From contig NC_068990.1 of the NCBI RefSeq assembly GCF_001194135.2, forward strand, positions 55,319,370 through 55,383,369: DNA of 64,000 bases, read 5' to 3'. Shown here in pieces: positions 61,101 through 64,000 of the stretch. Position 1 is the first letter of the stretch. Each line of letters starts with the position of its first letter. A program made the position numbers and the translations under genes. The notes under the pieces were generated by a model. The model worked only from the letters and a program-made list of their open reading frames with translations. It was not told the origin of the DNA and did not search any database. This stretch comes from Octopus bimaculoides. Taxonomy: Eukaryota.

Positions 61101-62230
61101 CTTTGCTCCCCTAACTGGAGCTGTATGTTTGTTTGATGGTCAAGCCTGGAGAATCATTGTTGTTTTGAATTCTTTTAGGATATGAAAAAACTTGGGTTTC
61201 TTTGTTTACAAGATAACGAACCTTGGTATCAAACTTCAGCAATTTAAATAGGCTAAATCTGGCCCTCATATCCTGCCTGTTTTTTGTTTCACCTAACCAG
61301 ATTCAGCCTCTCTTACCTTCCAAATCATATCATGAAATCTCAAAGCTACAAGATAATGCATTACTCATTCAAAACAATGTAAATAAGTAGTAAGCATTGT
61401 ATTTGATAAAGGGTTAGATAATATCAAGTTTTAAACATCTGGTATTAACTCTAGCAGTCCTGGTCTACAATATTTTGCGTCTTGAACTCACTAAAGAATT
61501 TTTGTGAGTCTAACTAGTTATTTAATGCCATATCATCTTAACCATTTCCAGAACACCTTTCTATCCGTTTATCATCATCATCATCATTTAACCACTGTTT
61601 TCCATGCTGGCATGGCTTGGACAGTTTAACCAGAGTTGGTAAGGCCAGGGGTTGCACCAGGCTCCATTCTCTGTTCTGGCATGGTTTCTATGGCTGGATG
61701 GCCTTCCTAATGCCAACCACTTCACAGAGTATACTGGGTGCTTTTTATGTGGCATCAGCACCAGTATCAGTTCTGCTATGGCAGACAAGTCTTTTTGAGT
61801 ACAGCATAAACGAGTCATCTCATTTATGTAAAAGAATAAATGAATATCTTAAAAATCTTTTTAGACCTTTAAAAATTTTTGTAAATTTTATTATAACTTT
61901 CTCTACTACCTTTTCTAAATTTTTTTCTTATCAATAATTGACTATTTTGTGGCCTTGTTGCAAGTGTCAAAAATCAACACTTACCTAATATTGATTTAAT
62001 GTCTTTCTTCCGTCAGTGTTCAATGACTATGGAACAAGGTATTGTTAATGCTCAAGACCATCATTATCAGACCACTCTTTTTAATCAGTTGACTGATTTG
62101 GCAGATATTCTTCTTGATGGTTATACTTCTCAACTAACATCTCTAGAAAAGTATGACAAGACAAGCTCGCGTTATACTCAACTATGTAAAATGTATGAAG
62201 AAGACCGAGCTCTTCTTACATCTATGCTTA
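27864..62230 (+). CDS. NUP133: Nucleoporin Nup133, first 23 coding exons (2491 nt, ~830 aa), 3'-incomplete (gene span)
   Basis: Recognised motifs: TYGNPMPVLVSEAL, IDPSGWAWLV, KELTLPPSD, EGIVRYW, QGMLAGI, DDYPSSDPRWAES, LCENGEKL, DLFYREVS, EYIPWT, LLDGYTSQL. All introns are GT-AG with consistent phases and the chain is colinear with vertebrate NUP133 as recalled. Confidence 0.95.
29274..29377 (+). CDS. NUP133: NUP133 exon 2
   Basis: ttttccag| ... |gtaagt; QTYGNPMPVLVSEALNIAE. Confidence 0.92.
31520..31712 (+). mobile_element. Penelope-pLTR-like insert inside a family A SINE
   Basis: Interrupts the SINE; contains a degenerate minimal hammerhead-like motif at 31586-31621. Confidence 0.5.
32040..32350 (+). 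mobile_element. SINE with family B 5' half and a different 3' half
   Basis: Matches 34201-34384 up to 32236, then diverges. Confidence 0.75.
33132..33235 (+). CDS. NUP133: NUP133 exon 3 (alternative in-frame acceptor at 33141)
   Basis: VKIDPSGWAWLVGGRKLFIW; |gtgtgt donor. Confidence 0.9.
33744..33971 (+). CDS. NUP133: NUP133 exon 4
   Basis: KELTLPPSDLAH...SPEGIVRYWSSI; |gtattt donor. Confidence 0.93.
34201..34570 (+). mobile_element. Full-length family B SINE with 11-bp TSD, nested in a MITE
   Basis: accacatctgg at 34190-34200 and 34571-34581. Confidence 0.9.
36318..36383 (+). CDS. NUP133: NUP133 exon 5
   Basis: ttttcag|PHGCILATTTSSFVLLSPTPEQ|gtgagt. Confidence 0.9.
36847..37063 (+). mobile_element. 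mariner-type MITE (TA-cgagggg...cccctcg); second copy at 37682-37898
   Basis: TIRs cgaggggnnnctgaaaagt / acttttcagnnnccctcg-TA. Confidence 0.75.
37130..37640 (+). mobile_element. RTE-tailed repeat with internal gtggcacgtaaaa sub-repeats; copies at 34885-35292(+) and 48955-49455(-)
   Basis: High similarity between copies; (gat)n tail. Confidence 0.85.
37998..38108 (+). CDS. NUP133: NUP133 exon 6 (ALPS-motif region)
   Basis: tgcag|...ASQGMLAGITSRMTSFIFG...|gtaagt. Confidence 0.93.
39563..39653 (-). mobile_element. 91-bp mini-Helitron
   Basis: A|TC start, acccaggcaacgccgggt hairpin 7 nt before CTAG|T. Confidence 0.8.
40634..40896 (-). mobile_element. Helitron-like 5' end running into a gap
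   Basis: A|TCTATATATATAAAAATGAGAATGTGTGTCTGTCTG. Confidence 0.5.
41032..41148 (+). CDS. NUP133: NUP133 exon 7
   Basis: tacag|ALHAL...FFYVLSGNVLQKW...|gtaaac. Confidence 0.9.
41780..41839 (+). CDS. NUP133: NUP133 exon 8
   Basis: ttccag|LLFQSNVERLFRIQLAKKIW|gtaagc. Confidence 0.9.
42844..42905 (+). CDS. NUP133: NUP133 exon 9
   Basis: tttcag|NQDVTRLPQLNIWLLDLQLT|gtaagt, phase 0-2. Confidence 0.9.
43495..43562 (+). CDS. NUP133: NUP133 exon 10
   Basis: tttcag|..GVVILAAA..VHYAV|gtaaat, phase 2-1. Confidence 0.9.
43790..44005 (-). mobile_element. SINE family C (gagctggcagaa / gagttcaaattcc head); copies at ~2826-3050, 9945-10155(-), 18865-19300(-), 42555-42775, 44195-44405, 62310-62520
   Basis: Recurring sequence with a B-box-like gagttcaaatt. 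Confidence 0.8.
44894..44973 (+). CDS. NUP133: NUP133 exon 11
   Basis: ttacag| ... |gttagt, phase 1-0. Confidence 0.85.
45017..45573 (+). mobile_element. Internally deleted mariner with TIRs and transposase C-terminus (45128-45439, one in-frame stop)
   Basis: TA-ttaggttgaggaaatagttcatgcgcc TIR and its imperfect inverse; QQDNA..H..HPAYSLDVAPSDY..KVVENDGLYFEE*. Confidence 0.9.
46627..46729 (+). CDS. NUP133: NUP133 exon 12
   Basis: attag|ESNEDHILGYHLLV...ALIY|gtaagt, phase 0-1. Confidence 0.85.
47685..47750 (+). CDS. NUP133: NUP133 exon 13
   Basis: tttcag|..ETVDFNRPGDQILGV|gtaagt. Confidence 0.92.
49731..49815 (+). CDS. NUP133: NUP133 exon 14
   Basis: tttcag|..PLLFSAHRGIL..|gttggt, phase 1-2. 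Confidence 0.88.
50202..50232 (+). CDS. NUP133: NUP133 exon 15 (31 nt)
   Basis: ttacag|t VDSEPVFEIE|gtaagt; restores frame (2-0). Confidence 0.8.
50757..50831 (+). CDS. NUP133: NUP133 exon 16
   Basis: ttacag|..IFTAAFVAYCHKKI|gtaagg. Confidence 0.9.
51027..51222 (+). CDS. NUP133: NUP133 exon 17
   Basis: SELDTII...IIDDYPSSDPRWAES; |gtttgt donor, phase 1. Confidence 0.95.
52833..53849 (+). mobile_element. Internally deleted piggyBac (PGBD4-like) with TTAA TSD
   Basis: TTAA-ccctttctttacta ... tagtaacgaaaggg-TTAA; frameshifted ORF 53059-53659: PLDFVFLFF..VETNRYA / W..TVDEIRAFF..IMGI..P.I.NYWS..IMTR..F..YLH; catalytic DDD region is missing. Confidence 0.92.
53913..54025 (+). CDS. NUP133: NUP133 exon 18
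   Basis: SSNLILKQLEKKLNLH; |gtaagt. Confidence 0.92.
55624..55751 (+). CDS. NUP133: NUP133 exon 19
   Basis: PVRDVMMDTTMFLCENGEKLAAMIAL; |gtgagt, phase 2. Confidence 0.93.
57100..57790 (-). mobile_element. Penelope-like element remnant (RT-thumb linker + GIY-YIG endonuclease region)
   Basis: RRKIIWYNPTFNQKV.TNV..F..LIKKHFP.GHK.YKLFN..VKMS.SC and VVYRA...MG...FKG.Y..H..SF...TSLS..LW.L......IKW.I. Confidence 0.85.
58581..58677 (+). CDS. NUP133: NUP133 exon 20
   Basis: NLTHFDLFYRE; |gtaaaa. Confidence 0.92.
60106..60225 (+). CDS. NUP133: NUP133 exon 21
   Basis: VSSVHDIFNECLEYE...VITINDLIL|gtaagt. Confidence 0.92.
60602..60745 (+). CDS. NUP133: NUP133 exon 22
   Basis: ETEYIPWT...GMRALLKKQ|gtaata. 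Confidence 0.93.
62017..62230 (+). CDS. NUP133: NUP133 exon 23 (last one found in the window)
   Basis: QLTDLADILLDGYTSQL...YEEDRALL; |gtaagt, phase 1. Confidence 0.93.
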
Positions 62231-64000
62231 GTAAGTATTTTTAGTTTTTTTATATTAGCCTCTTACCATTGCTCCCACCATCATCATTAATATAAATATT
62301 ACTGCTTCAATTAAGGCGATGAGATGGTAGAATCATTAGCATGCCAGGCAAAATGTTTAGCAGCATTTCATCTATCCTTATGTTCTGAGTTCAAATTCTT
62401 CTGACACCGACTTTGCCTTTCCCCTAAGGAGTTGATAAAACAAGTACCAGTTGAGTGCTGGAGTCAATGTAATCGACTTATCCCCTCCCCCAAAATTGCT
62501 GGCCTTGTTCCAAAATTTGAAATCAATATTTGAAATCAAAAGGCGCAAGAGTGGCTATGTGGTAAGTAGCTTGCTTACCAACCAAATAGTTCCGGGTTCA
62601 GTCCCACTGCATGGTACCTTGGGCAAGTGTCTTCTACTATAGTCTCGGGCCGACCAAAGCCTTGTGAGTGGATTTGGTAGACGGAAACTGAAAGAAGCCC
62701 ATCGTATATATGTATATATGTATATGTTTGTGTGTCTGTGTTTGTCCCCCTCCACCGTCGCTTGACAACCGATGCTGGTGTGTTTACATCCCTGTAACTT
62801 AGCAGTTCGGCAAAAGAGACCGATAGAATAAGTACTAGGCTTCCAAAGAATAAGTCCTGGGGTTGATTTNNNNNNNNNNGACCGATAGAATAAGTACTAG
62901 GCTTCCAAAGAATAAGTCCTGGGGTTGATTTGCTCGACTAAAGGCGGTGCTCCAGCACGGCCGTAGTCAAATGACTGAAACAAGTAAAAGAGAGTATTAC
63001 TGTTTCCATTAATATGGTAAGTATTGAGTTGGTTGTTGTTTAGTCCCAGATTGGCTTTCATTGAATGTGATCAAATGCTTTCCAGTTCCGACCGCCCTGT
63101 TATTTTCTTGAATTTCTTTTCTTTAGGAATATAATACCTATAAAGTACATTGACAATTTTTTTTTTTTAGGGCAGTAGGGTATAATTTGAGGGAAGTTTG
63201 GTTCTATTTCAAGTAGGTTTAAGACTGAATAGCTGTTCTATTATTGGCAGAAATGCCTGTACTTTAAATTATTTGAGTTGTAGTTCATTTCATGTTGGAG
63301 ATTGACTCTAGTGCCCATCACTCCTGGATGGTCAATAAAATAACTATCAAGAAACATTCTCTCTTTAAGTGACACCATTCCTCTTTAAAAATTAGCTTAG
63401 TGACTATATTTTACTAAAGTAGTTGGTACTGTTAGCCATTGTTAAGAATTGGAATTAGAAATAAAACAGGGTATCTAAAAACAGTTCTAAGAGCTCCCAA
63501 CTAAACATGTAAATGACAATTTCTCTGTGGAGAACTGATATCATCATCATCATCCTCATCATCCAGTGTTTCAAATCCGGGTTTTGTCCCTATTAACGGG
63601 GGTGGCTGGGTCTACCTCAGTGCCATAGCAACTGAGGTGGGCAGGTGCAGCCCACCTCAACCTTTGGACTGGCTGGTGTCCATTCTTCGTTGCTGTCATG
63701 AGGCTTTTCTTTTTCATCAGCTGCATCACTTTTATGATAATGATAATGTCTTTCCATGCTTACATAGTTTGGACAGATTTAGAAAACTAGTTCCCTTTGC
63801 CTGCTGTCTTCAGTTGTTTGACAAATCTCAACCCCTCCCCACCTCTGTCTTTCTCTTTCAATATTCTCACTTAACAAAACTCATCTGCTTCATTGCTTAT
63901 TTCAGAATTAAAAAAAAAATATTTTATTTTATTTTTTTTTGGTAATTTCATATCTCTCCTGTTCCACATTTTAGTGAATCACCAAGAATATGCAAAAGCT

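Noticed and set aside
63637-63945. 102-aa ORF at the window end as a further NUP133 exon or new gene
   Set aside because: GTG start, no Nup133 similarity, lies within retroelement-like (catcat-tailed) sequence

Overview
AT-rich eukaryotic (metazoan) genomic DNA from a gapped draft scaffold. The SINE/microsatellite landscape suggests a cephalopod, probably Octopus (inference from repeat style; no search was run). Most entries in the ORF track are artefacts of N-gaps, microsatellites or TTG/GTG starts. Two spliced genes can be rebuilt by hand on the + strand with phase-consistent GT-AG introns. (1) A complete 6-coding-exon SLC16/monocarboxylate-transporter-like MFS gene (3614..20130, 682 aa) with an unusual ~265-aa hydrophilic N-terminus. 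(2) The first 23 coding exons of nucleoporin NUP133 (27864..62230, ~830 aa), continuing past the window. Introns and the intergenic space hold several tRNA-derived SINE families, RTE, CR1 and Penelope-like retroelement fragments, Tc1/mariner remnants (maT DD37D; a mariner with D35D spacing), mini-Helitrons, and an internally deleted TTAA piggyBac plus two TTAA MITE families. No rRNA, intact tRNA or CRISPR array was found, and I see no clear novel multi-gene system. The best leads are: decayed minimal hammerhead-ribozyme-like motifs in Penelope-type repeats; a piggyBac relic with its derived MITE; long intronic inverted repeats (possible dsRNA/ADAR substrates); and the divergent SLC16 protein with a cluster of R-K-x-S motifs. 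Repeat boundaries are approximate; exon boundaries were counted by hand.
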